From Gekko japonicus (lineage: Eukaryota), in NCBI RefSeq assembly GCF_001447785.1, contig NW_015167585.1:1-64000 (forward strand): DNA of 64,000 nucleotides. Direction: 5' to 3'. The position numbers and the translations under genes were made by a program. The notes under the pieces are model-generated. The model saw only the letters and a program-made list of their open reading frames with translations. It did no database searches and was not told the DNA's origin. How positions within the stretch are numbered: the stretch's first letter is position 1; every line of letters begins with the position of its first letter. Shown here in pieces: positions 11,301-26,300 of this stretch.

Positions 11301-14300
11301 TCACCAGCCTGTTGGAGTTCCTTGAGAAAGTGAACAAGCATGTAGACAACAGTGACTTGGTAGACATTACTCGGACTTTTGACAAGGTACCTCATTGAAG
11401 ACTTCTGAGTACACTCAGCAGTCATGGGATAGGAGAACGGGTTCTCTTATGGATTAAAAATTGGCTAAATGACAGGAAGAAAAGAGTAGGAATCAATGGA
11501 CAGTAGTAAGCAGTGGGGATCCTCAAGGACTAGTATTGGGGCCAGTACAATTTTATTCATAAATGATCTGGAACTAGGGGTGAGTAGCGCAGTGGCCAAG
11601 TTTGCAGATGATACCAAATTATTCAGGATGGTGAAGAGCTCCAAGAGGATCTCCACAAACTGGGTGAGGGGCGACAATGTGTCCAATGAAGTTCAATGTT
11701 GGTAAGTGTAAGGTGGCGCACGTAGGGACAAAAAATCCCAACTTCAAGTATAGTATAGGCAAATGGGGTCTGAACTTGCTGAGACTGAGAAGGAAACAGA
11801 TCTTGGGGTCAAAGTGGATAGCTCGATGAAAGTGTCAACCCAGTGTGCTGCAGCAGTGAAAAAGACAAACTCTACCTTAGGGATTATTAGGAAAGGGACT
11901 GATAACAAAATGGCCAATATTATAATGCCGCTGTACAGATCTATTTGGAATCCTGCGCACAGTTCTGGTCACAGTATCTCAAAAAAGACATTGCAGAGCC
12001 GGAAAAAGTACAGAGGACAGCAGTGTTCCCTCTAAGCTGAGTTAGTGTGAGCTAGCTCACACTAACTCAGCTTAGAGGGAACACTGGAGGACAGTGACCA
12101 AGATGATTGGGGGGGATGGAGCACGCTTCCTCTGAAGAAAGGCTGAAGAATCTGAGATTTTTTAGTTTAGAAAAGAGAAGACTAAGGGGGGATATGACAG
12201 AGGTTTATAGAATTATGCATTGTGTGGAGAGAGCTGAAAAAGAGAACTTTTCCTCCCTCTTCCAAAATACTAGAACTTGAGGACATCCAAGGAAGCTGAT
12301 GGGCAGTAGGTTCAGGATGGAGAAGAGGAAATACTTCTTTACAAAGAGTGATTAAAATGTGGAATTCATTGGCAGAGGATGTAGCGGTGGCCACAGGAAT
12401 AAACAGCTTTAAAAAGGGGAGAAGATAGACTGATGGAGGATAGGTCTAATAGTGGCTACTAGCCATGGTGACTGAAGGGAATCTCCACATTCAGAGGCAC
12501 TAAGCCTCTGAATCCCAGAGCCAGAAGGCAACCTCAGGGGAAGACCTCGGCCTCTATGCCCCCACTGATGGCCTTGCAGAAGAACTGGTTGGCCACTGTG
12601 TGAGACAGGATGCTGGACTAGATGGACCACTGGTCTGATCCAGCAGGGCTCTTCTTATGTTCATATTCATAAAGCAAATTGCAATCTTTCCTGTTCTCCT
12701 GTGATCTTTAAAACTCTTCAAAATAAAACTGCAAAACATACAATGTAGTAGAACTCCCACCTGAGATTAGACGAATGTCACAGGGAGCTACCAATTTAGC
12801 AATAAATACAGTTGAATCACAAATACAGATTTCAGGCAGTTGTAACTAAAATGATTACACAAGATCACTTTAGAGACGTATATGAACTTCCTCTGACTAA
12901 AGCAGCATTAATTTACTGGCCATATGGGTCAAAAGTGGTGTGCGCGTTAAGTTCCATGTGTTTGCAAACATTCTGCAATCCACTGATCATTACCACACAG
13001 AGGGGGACTGAGTTATGTGCCACAGTTTTTATTACAAAGTGCCACTAGAAATGGTTGCTTGCTTAGACAGCTGCTTTCTTTTTTAAAAAGGGTTAGGCAG
13101 ACCAGTCTCTACTGAACAAATTTATCAATAGATTTCTGAGTCTGGTGATGGGGACAAAAACAGAGGGACCAAACCCATTCCTTAGGAATTTCACACCGGC
13201 ACCCAGGTGGATGCTGGTGGAAACTTTGCAGAAGGGCTAAAACCGATTCTCGGTCTGTTCCCAAAAGGCAATTCTTAAACACTTAATGCACGACCCCAGT
13301 GATGGCTCAGCTGGTGCAGAATCTTGCCGCCCTCCTCCGGAGAGAGGAGTGTCATTAGAAGCAAAAGAGACCCGTCGTGTTCCAGCGTCTGCACTGGCTC
13401 CCTTCGTCCTTCAGAGCTCTGTTGAAGGGGCTGCTAACTTGAAATGGTATAAAGAGCCTGGGATCCTCAGACCACGACAAAGGAAGAGTTGGAAACTCCT
13501 GTCAAGCCACGTGCTGGACAGCTGCTGAGCTATGTTCCTTCTAAGCTGAGTTAGTGTGAGCCAGCTCACAGTTTTTTAGTCTCCGACTCAGAGATTTTTG
13601 TTTTAGCTCAGGAAGGACGGCTCCAGGGCAAACTAATTGATGCAGCAGCCAAATCGCTCGCTCACAACTGTAATGCCAGTAGCTCACAAAGTAGAAATTT
13701 TGCTCACAAGACTCTACAGCTGAGAGGGAGCATTGCTGCTGAGGGCCAATGGTGAGTACCTCCCTGAAATGGCGTAAAAACATTTATCTGACTTTTAGTG
13801 GCCTACAATAGTGTGGTGCGAGGGTCAGCTTTTAATACCGGGCAAAGACTTGTGTTTGTAAAACCTTATTCCTGCCCTGATCTTTTGGGGTGAGGCGAGC
13901 TATAGATCCCACGAGTAAAACGCTAACCAAAATTTAAGCAATGTGACAGGCTACGCCACCACTCACCGAGACGGTATGCTCCGCCCCTCGCTCAAGTGCC
14001 GGTCAGAGCTGTAGCTGCCCCAGCTGTCCCGCGAGTGTCGATCTGGTCTCCCATGGCGCTCATCTGCATAATGCTGGCAGAATGAAGAGGACACAGGATC
14101 AGCATACTCTCTGCTCTCGCTTTCCCTCGTTGGGATGATGGGGGCTGGCAGAGAAAATTGCACCCTTCTTGGGTTCCCACAACTGCAGCTAAGCCTGCAG
14201 GGAGAGGTCAGTGGAGACAGGCAGGAACTGGGATCGAGCTAAATAAAGACCCTTCTTCCACTTTTGGGCTATTTACTTAATTCAACAGGGAGGACTTGGG

Positions 14301-17300
14301 GCACACAAGCCAGGACTGAACAGTTTTAAGCAGAAGCCGTGCCAGAGCTTAACACTTCTTGTGCAAGACTCCTGTGTGGGAGAGCAATTTACAGAACATA
14401 ACAACAGAGGTACAAAACAATACACCCTGGCGTCTTTTCAGCCCCCTGAGGGATGTATGATACTTCCTCTGGCATCCATGCCACACAGACTTAATAATTT
14501 TCAGGGGCAAGAAGCTATGTCAGGCTAATATATTTGCACACAGGTAGACCTCACTGTAAAAATGGGCCCAAGCTTGCAAAATGACAAAAACATCCCTCTT
14601 TCATACCTCCCTTCTCTCCTGCTCTTGAAGAATGTCCCTGCCTGAAATACGTTCCAGACAGTGAAACACCTGCAAGATTTGTGTGTAATATTCAGGGGAG
14701 GCATCAGGGATAAAAGTGTTGGTTGTATCAGTAAAAGGAGTTTGGGGCGCTGATGTCTGACCAACTGAAGTGGAATTGACTTGTCTGATGAAAAGTTACA
14801 GAAGCATACGTAAGTGGCCCCCCACCCAATGTTTAGTTTTTACACCCATGTCCCCAAGACTGGAGAGGTGGGGTGGGAAATCTTTCCATTTCCTAAGTTC
14901 CATAAAACTAACAATGAAAGGATGGCCATAGTCAGTGTGATATTAGACAGTTTACAGTGGCAGTTTACAACTCTGAATTAATATTCTTAGAAGATTGTGC
15001 CTAGGAACTGAGAGTGCATGCATACTTTTCACTTTGTAACATCAGGAATGAGGTGGGGGAGAGAGAATAAAACCACAAATATATATATAATACCCCAAAT
15101 AAAGAATGAAGTTATATAATCTACCTGATTCGCTGTGTAAAGCCAATAAAAAGCTATAGTTCTTATTTATACATTTCCTCCAACATGTGCAAGGCATACT
15201 GCACTCCCCAATATGATATGGAATTAACAAGTAATGCCACGGAGGGTGAAAGCAAGCCTGAGGGGCAGGAGTGCCTACTCTTAAAGCCCAGTTTCCACTC
15301 CCCTTCTTATCAGCCTGAATCTCTGAATCCTGCAAGTTCTCTCAGCAGTCTATGTCTCAATTACCAAACAATGCAAACTGCATGGAAATCCATTCAATTG
15401 AACACATGAATCCTGACCGCAGTACGCAGGTTCCCTTACAGGGAGAAATACACCTGGCTCTTCACACTTTTCAGCAAATGCCACTGGTTTCCAAACAACA
15501 ATTCTTTTTTTTTTTTGAATGGTTCTTATATTGAAACAAGAATCGATTTTCTGACAAATCATGCACACTTCTTTAAGGATGCCATCTTGCATAATACTCG
15601 GGGGGGGGGGTGGCACGATTTTTTTAGGTGCCTTCACCCTTAAAGTCTACAACAAACACTGCTCACTTGTCCGTCTCGGTCTCCCATGATTCCTCGCGAC
15701 CCTTCCCTCCTGGAGGGGGAAAAAACGTGGAGTCAGTTCAGACCAACACAAATTTTAATTTTCAATACTGTGAGAAGTTTTTGTTTCTGTGGTCCTGGGA
15801 CAGAAAAAGAGATTCAGACGATACGCACACTTGCTACTGCAGCCTTCGCCGGAGAATGGAACAGAGCACTACCCTATCTCTGCCCCCTGCACAGCCTATG
15901 GAATTCACAGCCACAAGCTGCTTCATGTCTCTCGCTCCACAGCGTCCAAAGGGAGCTGCTAGGCACCAGAGGCAGATTCTTTCCCTCCCCAAGGCATGCC
16001 ACTAAGGATGCTTTCATGCACAGTCCAAACGGCTATGAAATTTATTTATTTACAGATCCCTCCCTGCCCCCTATCCTCAATATCATGACAAAAGACATTC
16101 TGCTGGTTAACAAAACGCTCCACTGTGAAGGACTGAAGAATAAAATCTACACCTTTCCAACTAAATGGACAGTATGTTCTCCACTCCAATTTCTTTTCCA
16201 AGGCCCTTAACATGAGGAGACAGCACCATTCGCTCACTGGCTAACCTGTCAAGGTCTTGGTACCGGCCACGATCCCTGTGGTCAAAATCATGGAACCGGT
16301 CCTGACGGTTAAAATCCGAGCGGTGGCGGTCATCCAAAGCCATCCGCTTTGACTCTGGCCAGTAGGGGTCATCTCGCCTGCAAGGAAATTTAGTTAAGAA
16401 AACTGACAGAAGATTTCTCTTCTCTTACTTTGCTCTCACCACACTAATAAAAGATGAGACCCGATAAGGGAAAGGGACGCTACCAGCAACAGAACCAGAA
16501 ACACAGCACACTTTGAGAAGAACAGATTGGATTTATACCCTGCCCTTCACTACCCAAAGGAGTCTCAGAGCGGCTTACAAACTCCTTTCCCTCCCCCCTC
16601 CCCACAACAGACACCCTGTGAGGTAGGTGGGGCTGAGAGAGCTCTGACAGAAACTGCTCTTTTTCAAGAACAGCTGTGCCAGAACTACAGCTTGGCCAAG
16701 GTCATCCAGCAGGTGCAAGTGGAGGAGTGGGAAATCAAACCCGGTTCTCCCAGATTAGAGTCCGCGCACTTAACCACTACACCAAACTGGCTCTCTTACC
16801 AAAGGAAAACAAACAGAACAAAGGAAAAATGGCACAGTAGCAGATGTAACTCCCTCTCCCATCAGCCTAGAACGGTTTGTTGAACTTTCTGAACCACAGC
16901 ATCAGACATTCACCTGCTCGGAATTCCTTTGCTCCATGATTTGATCAGGGTGCACAATGGCAGCTACAATTCAACACTGGGTGGAGCAACAGCTTCTTGA
17001 CTTTAAGTGACATGCATATTATCAGGTAAGGACCACTCTTTTCCTGGACTCTAGTTTCTGGCTATGCAGGTATGTCTCTCTCCACCTGTCTCAAAGCTTC
17101 AGGGCACAACTATGTCCTTTCTCACTTTGGAAACTGGAGGACGAGAATCGTTCTCAAGGCCTGAATCTTGCAACGGAGCAGCCCAGATCACCAAGCAGTG
17201 ACTTCCACACGGACGTTAAATTACCACTTGATGCGGTATAGCCTCCTTGAGAGAGGCATTAAGAGAGGAACACGTGCCAATTCCCTGAACTATTTGTTCA

Positions 17301-20300
17301 CACAAATATTACTGGACTATGGCTCACACCATTTTATTCCAAGTGCCTTCAGCCACCCCAGATAACATGCCTTTCTTTGCAAACAGAGAACCTAGGATAT
17401 GACCTCTGGGCTGGTTATCTTTTCCCAACAGTGGCCCCGTCAGCTGCTTTTAGGAAGCTCACCACCTGAGTGTGGCTATAGCAGTGGCTCCTGACACGAA
17501 AGCCAAAACACTACAAGATTCTTGTTCAGCACAGGATGGCCAGCATGTGGCTCGAATCCACAGCCTTGCTGTTATCAGTCCATCCTCATACTACTTTCCC
17601 ATACCACTCCGCATACGGTGGCCCCGGCAGAACAGCGTCTTTGATCAGCAGAAGGCTTGATTAGCTGAACAAAGTGGTAAGATACAGCCACTTTTTGAAC
17701 GCACTCCTGTGCGCCAAGCACACGTGAGCAGTACAGAAGGTGCGCATGCATGCACACACACAAGTCCTACAGGCTGGGGAATTCCCATACCCCTGAGCGA
17801 AGCATACCTCCCATCTACGTCGTACGGACGCTTCAACGCCACGCGCCTGTCTTGTTCATAGCGAAGCTGCTCGTGCTGCCGCCGCAGCTCCTCCCTCTCG
17901 CGCTGGATGCGCTCCTGCTCCCGTCGCCGCTCATGCTCAATGTGCATGCGCTCCCGCTCCAGACGTTCCCGCTCCAGGCGCTCTCGCTCCAGGCGGGTCC
18001 TTTCGATTTCCAGCCTCTCCCGGGCGATCTCGAGCCTCTCCCGCTCTTCTTGCTCCCAGATGGCTTGCAAGCGCTGCTGTTTATCTCGACGCTCCCGGGT
18101 ACTGCTTAAGGAGGCAGACGGAACGCATCAGCTCCACCCCCCACAGAAGAGACAGCTTTTCCACAGACCTTTGTTTGCTACTGCCTTCATTCAACTTACA
18201 AAAGGCAAAGCAGCCTAGTTCCAAAATTTTGCTAGAAAACTAGACACACAACTTCATTTACTAAAGTACTTATACCCCGCCTTTCCCACTGAAAATGGCG
18301 GTTTTACCTTAAATATTCATGCCTTGTCCCAAATTGGTTGAAAAAGATACCAGAAGGGATGCCGAATCAGGGACTCAGGGTGAAGGCAGAAACCAGGTTA
18401 TGCAAAAGAAAATCATGCTTATACTGGATCACAGAATTAATTTCTATTGCATCCCTCCAAGAAGCTCAGGGTGGTATACGCAGCTGTCCCCTTCTCGGCT
18501 TTATCCTTCCGCTTTTCTTGACAAAGAAATCATTACAGGCAAAGCAGCCCTGGTTCTAACTATCTCACCCACCGCGTCCAGATTTCAGAAAACAGAACTT
18601 ACCATAAAGTTCCCTTCTAGGCAGACAGCAGAAGAGGCAGCAAAGGGTTAATTCCTCCCCTGGCTGACGGAAGGCCAACAAACAAACTTGGCGTTTTATC
18701 TGGAGGACAGAAACTTCCCAGTTTCAGGATGTCGATTCAGGTTGAGAAAGTTAACAAAAAGTAACACCAGAGCCCTAACAAGGATGAACAAAAAGCCAAA
18801 CACAGAAGGAATTCTTCCAGTGTCTTTGACTGGGGGAGAGGAGAAGAGGGGAACACATCCATCCAGATGCAACAACCCCCCCAAGTTTCAACACAGCACC
18901 CAGGACCCGCCTGCTCTCCTGATTACTAAATAGAAGGGAACCACGCAAGTCCCAACTTCCTATTCTTGTTCAGCCAGCAGGAAAGCAGGCCACCAAGGGA
19001 TGCCCAAGAGCAGCAGCCAGTTTTGTGGTTGAGACCCGACACTGAGGCATGATCCTCCTATAAGAAGGAAGATCAGATGCAAAAGAATTACATGCCAGTG
19101 AAAAGGTAGGGGTGGCCCAAGTGGCACCCCTGAAACATCTCCCAGCAGTCATCAATTTAAACAGGATACTGGCCCAGGCTAGGCCGATCTTGTCAGATTT
19201 CAGAAACTCAGCAGGGTCGGCCCTGGTTAACACACGGGAGACCACCACGGAAGTCTAGGGTTTTGCTACACAGAGGCAGGTAACGGCAAACCACTTCTTG
19301 CCTTGAAAACTCTATGGGGTCGCCATAAGTCAGCTGCGACTTGACGGCACTTTCCACCGCCACGGCTCTCAGCCCCTGTATGCGCAATGCTAGCACAATG
19401 CCTTCTCGGGCTACAGATCTCTGGCGTTGCACACAGAGAGGCAGAAGGCTCACCTAGGATCGTGGATACTCACATGGGTAAGTTAGCAAAAAAGTCAGGC
19501 CTGGCAGCCTCATACTAAGTGGGTCATGATCTTCGCTGTTCATTCAGTTATCTATCTACTGGGAAGTGACCCGAACACTGTCACTCCCCATCCTAGTTGC
19601 TGAAACAAAGACTGTCAAAGCAACTTAGTTCCAGAGACCTCCTCATGCCCATGCTGAGGGCACAGCATATTTCTACATGTCTGTCACCAGTTAGGAGGAC
19701 TGCAAGGACCGACCGTTTCTTGGCTCTGGTGAAAGGACACATAATGGATTTGCTGCGGGGAAGCAGCTTACCGTGAAATGTGTACACCTCTCTCCCCAGC
19801 CTGCCAAGCTGCAATCACCAAGACCACCATGTTCCAGGTAAGCTTTCTTTGGTTCTCGTATACGTGAAGAGGGGTGATGTAAATGTCCTTAATGCTAAAG
19901 ACAGGTCCCAGCTTGGGAATATACTTCTAGAGGATGGGCTAATAAAAAAGGCTCTGCTGAGGAACAGTCTAATGCACGAGTGGAAAGACAGGGCACACCT
20001 TCCTGCCCCATCTTAGGATGTTCTAGGGGTGAGGTTTGCCTCTTCAGGATAGCCAGTCCAAATGCCTGATCCAGACTCCACTGGAGAAAACCCAAAGTAT
20101 CTGATCCAGAAACCGAAGTGGGGAAGATCTCCTTGCTCCTTCCTCTTTTATCTTGTAGATTTTCTTGGTGGAAGACCACAAAGAGGCCAGGATAGTCCAG
20201 ATCACATCTGTAGCATATCCCTTGCTTATAAGGCACAGCTGCTCAATTTCCATGTGGGCAACTGATGCCATGCAGAGTATGGGGGAAGTACAGTCCCCAA

Positions 20301-23300
20301 AAGGTGCTGCAGGTTGAGGGTCCTGAAGTCCATCTGGCTTGAGAACGGCTTCCACAACCAGAATGGAACCGCTACTATTACTTCCGCTGTCAAGGCTGTT
20401 GTTTTCCCACATCACCCTTCCTAGAAGGTAGGAAAAGGCTTCTTCAAGTCCACACGGTACGTTGCCCCTGCCCTCTAAGAATCTTGAGCAAAACCACTGA
20501 AGGCAGCTGCAAACAGGTTAATGATCCGGGTGTTCTAAGAGCGAGCAACTATCTGGAACGCTTCTGGATGAAGAGTCTATTTCTCCTGGTTGAGGATCTT
20601 CCAGTTCAACTAATCCACCCAAGAGCACTCCAAACTCTGGTCGTACTTTGCTGAGATGTCGCTTCCTCTTAAAGGCCATCAGAATCAGTGGTACTGTGTT
20701 TCAATGACACGGGTGTTGACAGAGACATCTGTCTGGCCGTGCCGTCTTGTCAAAGTATGACTACACAGCTGATCTGACCAAAAGGTGAGGAGATCAGCTT
20801 CCACGGGGGACAAATGATCTTGGGCCTTGACGTTCTGGTCCCTTCACATTGCAAGACAGGTGGCATTTCCCCAGCCAGGTGATACCAATGTTTAGCAGGT
20901 TTCAGTAACAGTATCTTACACAGAGCTGGAAGAATCTTAAGGAACTCTTTCATTTTACACTTAAGCACTTTCACCTTACCTTTCTGACAACAGGCCACTC
21001 AAGAAGGCTAAGTGTATGATAAGACAAGAAAAACCCCAAGCAAATTATAAATCCAACACAGCAGATACAAAAACAAAATAGCAAAAAGGTGTTAAGTGGG
21101 CAGTATAAACACCAGTAAATTGTACTCCACATACTGCCATCTTCATTTGCCAGACTATAAACACCAGTAAATTGTACTCCAGTCTCCACATACTGCCATC
21201 TTCATTTGCCAGAAGGCCAGAACAGAAGAAACTTCTGAGGAAGGGAATTCCAAGGCCTGGGAGAAACTACTAAAAGGCCCTCCCTCTTGTTGAGAAATCC
21301 ACCTCAATTCTGATGGTAAGGAGATGCGAAAAAAGACCCTGAATATCTAAGTGAAGAGGTAGGCAGTGGTCCTTTAGTAAACCTGGTCCGAGGTCCTGAA
21401 CTGGGGTCAGAAAAACGAGGATAATTAAGCATTAGAGTAACATGATGCTTGCTGTAATTCCCAGTTAAGACTCTTGCTACTGCATGTTAGACCAAATCTT
21501 CTCTTCTAGCTCTTGGAACAGAGAGGTCTTTGTTCTTTACTCTCTTAATGGAGACTCTGTAGAACAAAATCTTGATTCTGTTAACCACAAACCCATGATG
21601 CTCTAAGAAAGGAGAGTAAAAGTTGCATCTCTGGGACTTCAGGCCTGCAAGCATGACCAAATCAGGATTGTCAAGGCAGTGGTGCCTGTGCATTCAGTGG
21701 CCTGAAATGCACTGCTGCAGACCTCAGGGGCAGAAGAGAGGTGGAACGGGAAAGCCTTGAAGTACAGATTCTATTTTATGTATCCCATGAGCCTCAGGGG
21801 TTGAGAGAGCTGGGACAAGCAGGATGTGTAAAAGTACACTTCGAGTAGATCAGATCCCACGAAGTCTCTTCACTGAAATGCTTCTGTCTGCCCGCTTTTC
21901 CAGATAAATAAAACCTTAAGTTCTTCCTTGGGATGTCAAATTCCTCAGCTGCTCTCCACTCCAGCCTCTCTTTGAACTGTGAAAAATACTGGAAACCTGC
22001 CAGAGGATCCTTCTAGTGTTGGAACTGGTGCAGTGGCTCCTGTGCCTAGCACACGGTCAACAATACCTATTACCTGCTGATTTTGGCCACACTGTGGGAC
22101 ATGGAACGAACCTCAGCTTCAGAGGGCAGTCTCAGTAAACTGCTGCCAGCCACCAAGGCTAAGGTACATGGGGAACAGCAGAAGACTCCCACTGACCAGG
22201 GCTGACTATCTGACTGGGTCATGGTGGGGGCAAGATCCTCCGTTTACTTCCTCAGTTGGACTTGGGCAATGAGGATTCAACTTCACAGTGAGGACCAGAC
22301 CACGCAGATATGAAGGTAACAAGAGACATTCCTCTTGGGATGACAAGCACAAAAACTCTTGGGGGGGTGGGGAGGGGGAAGGAGAGTCTGTCTTTGGTAT
22401 CCAATATGACCAAAGCCGAGAAAAGAATGTGTTCCCGAAGGAAGAGTTGACAGATTGGGCTTGAGTCACTCCTGGTGCTGTACTGCCACACTCCTACGTG
22501 CTGCAACACCAGAGGCCAAAGCCCTGATGAGAGCTTCAAGCAGTCTGTGAGGGAGCTGGCCACAAAGACTGCCACTCCAGCACGAATGCAGATATCTGGC
22601 GACTAGGGGAACTCTGGGAAATAAAACTTCAGCTCATAACCTTTGGGTGCCACCAATTCAGAGAGGAATGGAGATTTTCAGACTGTCCATAAGGCAGAAG
22701 GAAGCTTGCGGATTTTCGGATCAGACTGCTGAGTGCTCTGGGCCTAACTTGGATTCCATTTGTCCTGTGGAAAAGACACAGAGTTCTGTTTGGGTAGCAC
22801 CGGAGAAACATCTTGGTGAATATTCCCATGTTGGAGTCTACATTAAAGCGGTGTCAGCAACTCCTAGCACAAAAACCTGGATTGCTCTGGACAGGAATGG
22901 GAGTATCTCCTTTAATTAGTTCTCCTCCAGCTGGACATCTTCTGGCATGTTTCGAGCTCTTACTGGTCTTGGCTTCCTCCTCCAAGTGAGGACAACCCAA
23001 GCAGGGAGGTGGAGAGCAGGAGAAAGGATGCAGAAGGGATCTGGTGAGGGATTACTTACCCTGCTCCAGAGGAGGTGGTGTGCTGTAATGCTGCGTGGGA
23101 AAACACCCAGGGCAAAACATGAGAACTGGGAAGGAGCATTCCCCCATCTCAATCCAGCTAGGGCACTCCAGCACCCACGCATCACCCTCCTACATCTCCG
23201 AGTATCTAACAGAAGAACCCAAGAGATGAGAGTGGCAGACTGCGCAGCAGAAGCTCCCACGCACGGGCCCTCTTCCTCCTTGCTGAGTCACCTGTTGTAA

Positions 23301-26300
23301 GTCACCACAGTGGCCTGCAGCCATTCTTTTTCCGGGCTGAGGGTTGAACAGATGTTGGGACGCAGCTTCAGCGGGGAGTGGCAAAGAATGAAGGCGCCCG
23401 TCCGTTCCTTTCCTGCTGCACAGGGGGTGGGGCCAACAGCCAAGATCCGCAAACTGCCAAGTAGGGATGGCTCTGGTTTCCCACGGAGGGGGGCAGGCTG
23501 CATTGGGGAAATCCCTCTCCCCTGTTTGCTGAGAACAGGGAAGGCAAAGAGGAGGGGGGAAAGGCTGTGGGAGGAAATGTTGGCTGTGTGCCCAGTTTCA
23601 GTTTGGAACAAGAAGGGACCCTGCTTTTCCTCCCTGCAGTGGGATATAAAGTCTGTCAAGTCCTACCTTCCGCTGGGAGGAGGTACGTGCCTTTGTTGCC
23701 TGCTTCCCTGGAGAACTGGAAGGGCACTCGCGGGCTATAGCAGGTAGGGAAAAGCTGCTGCCACAGAGTGCCAACTGTGCGCAGAAGAGCACTTTAATGG
23801 ATGCCACAGCCGCCAGCTGGGCAGACATTTTTTAAAGCGCCATGCAAACTCCTGCAGATAGAAACCACAAGCGGACATGATATCCCACCTTACAGATCCA
23901 GACTCCGCGAACTGGGCTTCTCACCAATTAAGAGCCATCCGTAGCTATTGGAAAACAACAAAAACACGGATCTCCACATAGATATCCCCCAACCCTCACT
24001 TGTGCGTGCCTTCTCTCACGATAATATGCATACCTTCTATGTATAGACACACAGACAAAAACAAAAACCCAGGGATTTCCTCCCGTATGAGAAACTGAGA
24101 CAGATGATAACAGGGAAGTGGCTGGCCCAGCTCCTTCCCTCTCCAAGCAGCCCATGAGGATGACCGAGTCAGGGAAGCAACAGGGAAGACACTGAGCAGG
24201 CAAAACCTTTAGGAAAGCAGCATGGGCAACACGGAAAGAACAAAGCAGGACTAGGGCATGGCAAGTGGCTAGACATTTTTGCTGAAAAGGACCACAGATT
24301 ATATCGGTGTTACGAGCTTACCGGTGTTCTACATCTCTCGGCCGTTTCTGCTCCTTGTTTTTGTCAGAGGGCGCGGTCCCTTGCCTCTCTTTGCTCTTTT
24401 CCCTGCTTTCCGATTTACGATCCTGGCTCTTGACACTCTAACATTCAAAGCCATAAAAGCTAATTACTGAAGCACGGGTTTCAAGGGAATCTCACAAACA
24501 CAAATATACGTATATACAACCCAACCGTGCATCCACCCAAACACATTCCCCTCAGCTTGCACACCACCAAGTGAGCAGCCTTTTGGTATTTCATAGCTAC
24601 AGGACATCTGCCTGCCTAACCCCACTTTGGAAAAGAACAGCTCATGTATAAAGGAGAAAGAGCTCAGCCTGGATTTGTGATCTCTGGTTATGTTATCTGT
24701 GAAGAAGACTGGCTTTCATTTAGAGAGACTTGCTTTATAAATCTTTATCGTGAAATACAGCCCAACACTAAGAAGTTCTAACTATTCTAGCTTGAGGTAA
24801 CAGCTCTAAGCAGCACATAAGCAGGACCCTGGGGTCACCTGGAAATGGGGACTGTGACATTCTTTTTGGACACAACAGAGAGGCTGCGGTCACACACACA
24901 TTAAATAATCCACTTTCAATCCACTTTCCAACTGGATTTTGCCAGTTCACACAGTAAAATCCAGTTGGAAAGTGCAGTGAAAGTGGATTATTTAGTGTGT
25001 GTGTGTGACCACAGCCAGAGACTGCCCAGGAGGCCTGCCGAGAGCCAGACAGGCCTCTGAACAAAGACACCCTTCACAGGGCCTCCCCCCAACATACAGA
25101 AGATGTTTGAAGAGGACAACTATGTTGCTACTTTCCTCTGGCACTCTGAATACCTTCCTGGGCCCCCAGAATTGTGTATCCCAATCCTCCTCTTAGTAGC
25201 CCCATTGCCCACTCACAATGAGAAACTGATGCCGGCACTCTGATCTGTACAGAATGGTCCAGATCAGTTTCCCCAAGGGATCCCACAGCCTCACTTGTGG
25301 TAAATCTGCTTTCAGTTTACATGAAAGCGCTTAAACCAAGATCAAACTTCAACCATTACTGTCCCGTGAAGTATCTTTTTTTGTGATCTAAAGATTTAAA
25401 GCAACAGTGTGCTACAGCCTCTCTACATATGAAGAAGAGGAGATTGGATTTATACCCCCGCCCTTCACTTGGAGTCTCAAAGTGGCTTACAAAGTCCTTT
25501 CCCTTCCCCTCCCCACAACAGACACCCTGTGAGGTGGGTGGGGCTGAGAGAACTCTGCCACAAACTGCTCTTTTTCAATAAGAAGAGGAGGAGGAGGAGG
25601 AGATTGGATTTATACCCCGCCCTTCACTTGGAGTCTCAGAGTGGCTTACAAACTCCTTTCCCTTCTCCTCCCCACGACAGACACCCTGTGAGGTGAGTGG
25701 GGCTGAGAGAACTCTGACACAAACTGCTCTTTCAGGAACAGCTGTGCCAGAGCTTGTGACTGACCCAAGGTCACATCAGCAGGTGCAAGTGGAGGAGTGG
25801 GGAATCAAACCCGGTTCTCCCAGATTAGAGTCCGCACACTTAACCACTACACCAAACTGGCTCTCATATGTTTTTAATCCCTCCTTTCAGCAAAAAAACA
25901 GGCTTACGAAGCAGCTAAAAGGAATAAAGGTCCCACACAAAAATCGGACATAAAGTATTTCCTGGGGAGGGGGTTTTCCACTCAGCTAGACACAAGAATG
26001 GTGGAGGGGTCACAGCTGCCTCTTGCCTTTCTTTTGGAGACTCTGTATGACAGAGGTTGGAGGGAGGTGTCTCACAGCTGGAAATGGGTCCAGACATGCT
26101 TGAGGGATACCTAATGGTCTCCTGCCCTTCATCTGACAATTCCATCATGGGCAGCAAGAATCCAACATGTGAAGGCATCCAAAGTNNNNNNNNNNNNNNN
26201 NNNNNNNNNNNNNNNNNNNNNNNNNNNNNNNNNNNNNNNNNNNNNNNNNTACTAAGAAAGCTCAAGAAACTTACTGGTAAGCGTTTGGCTACCTGATCAT

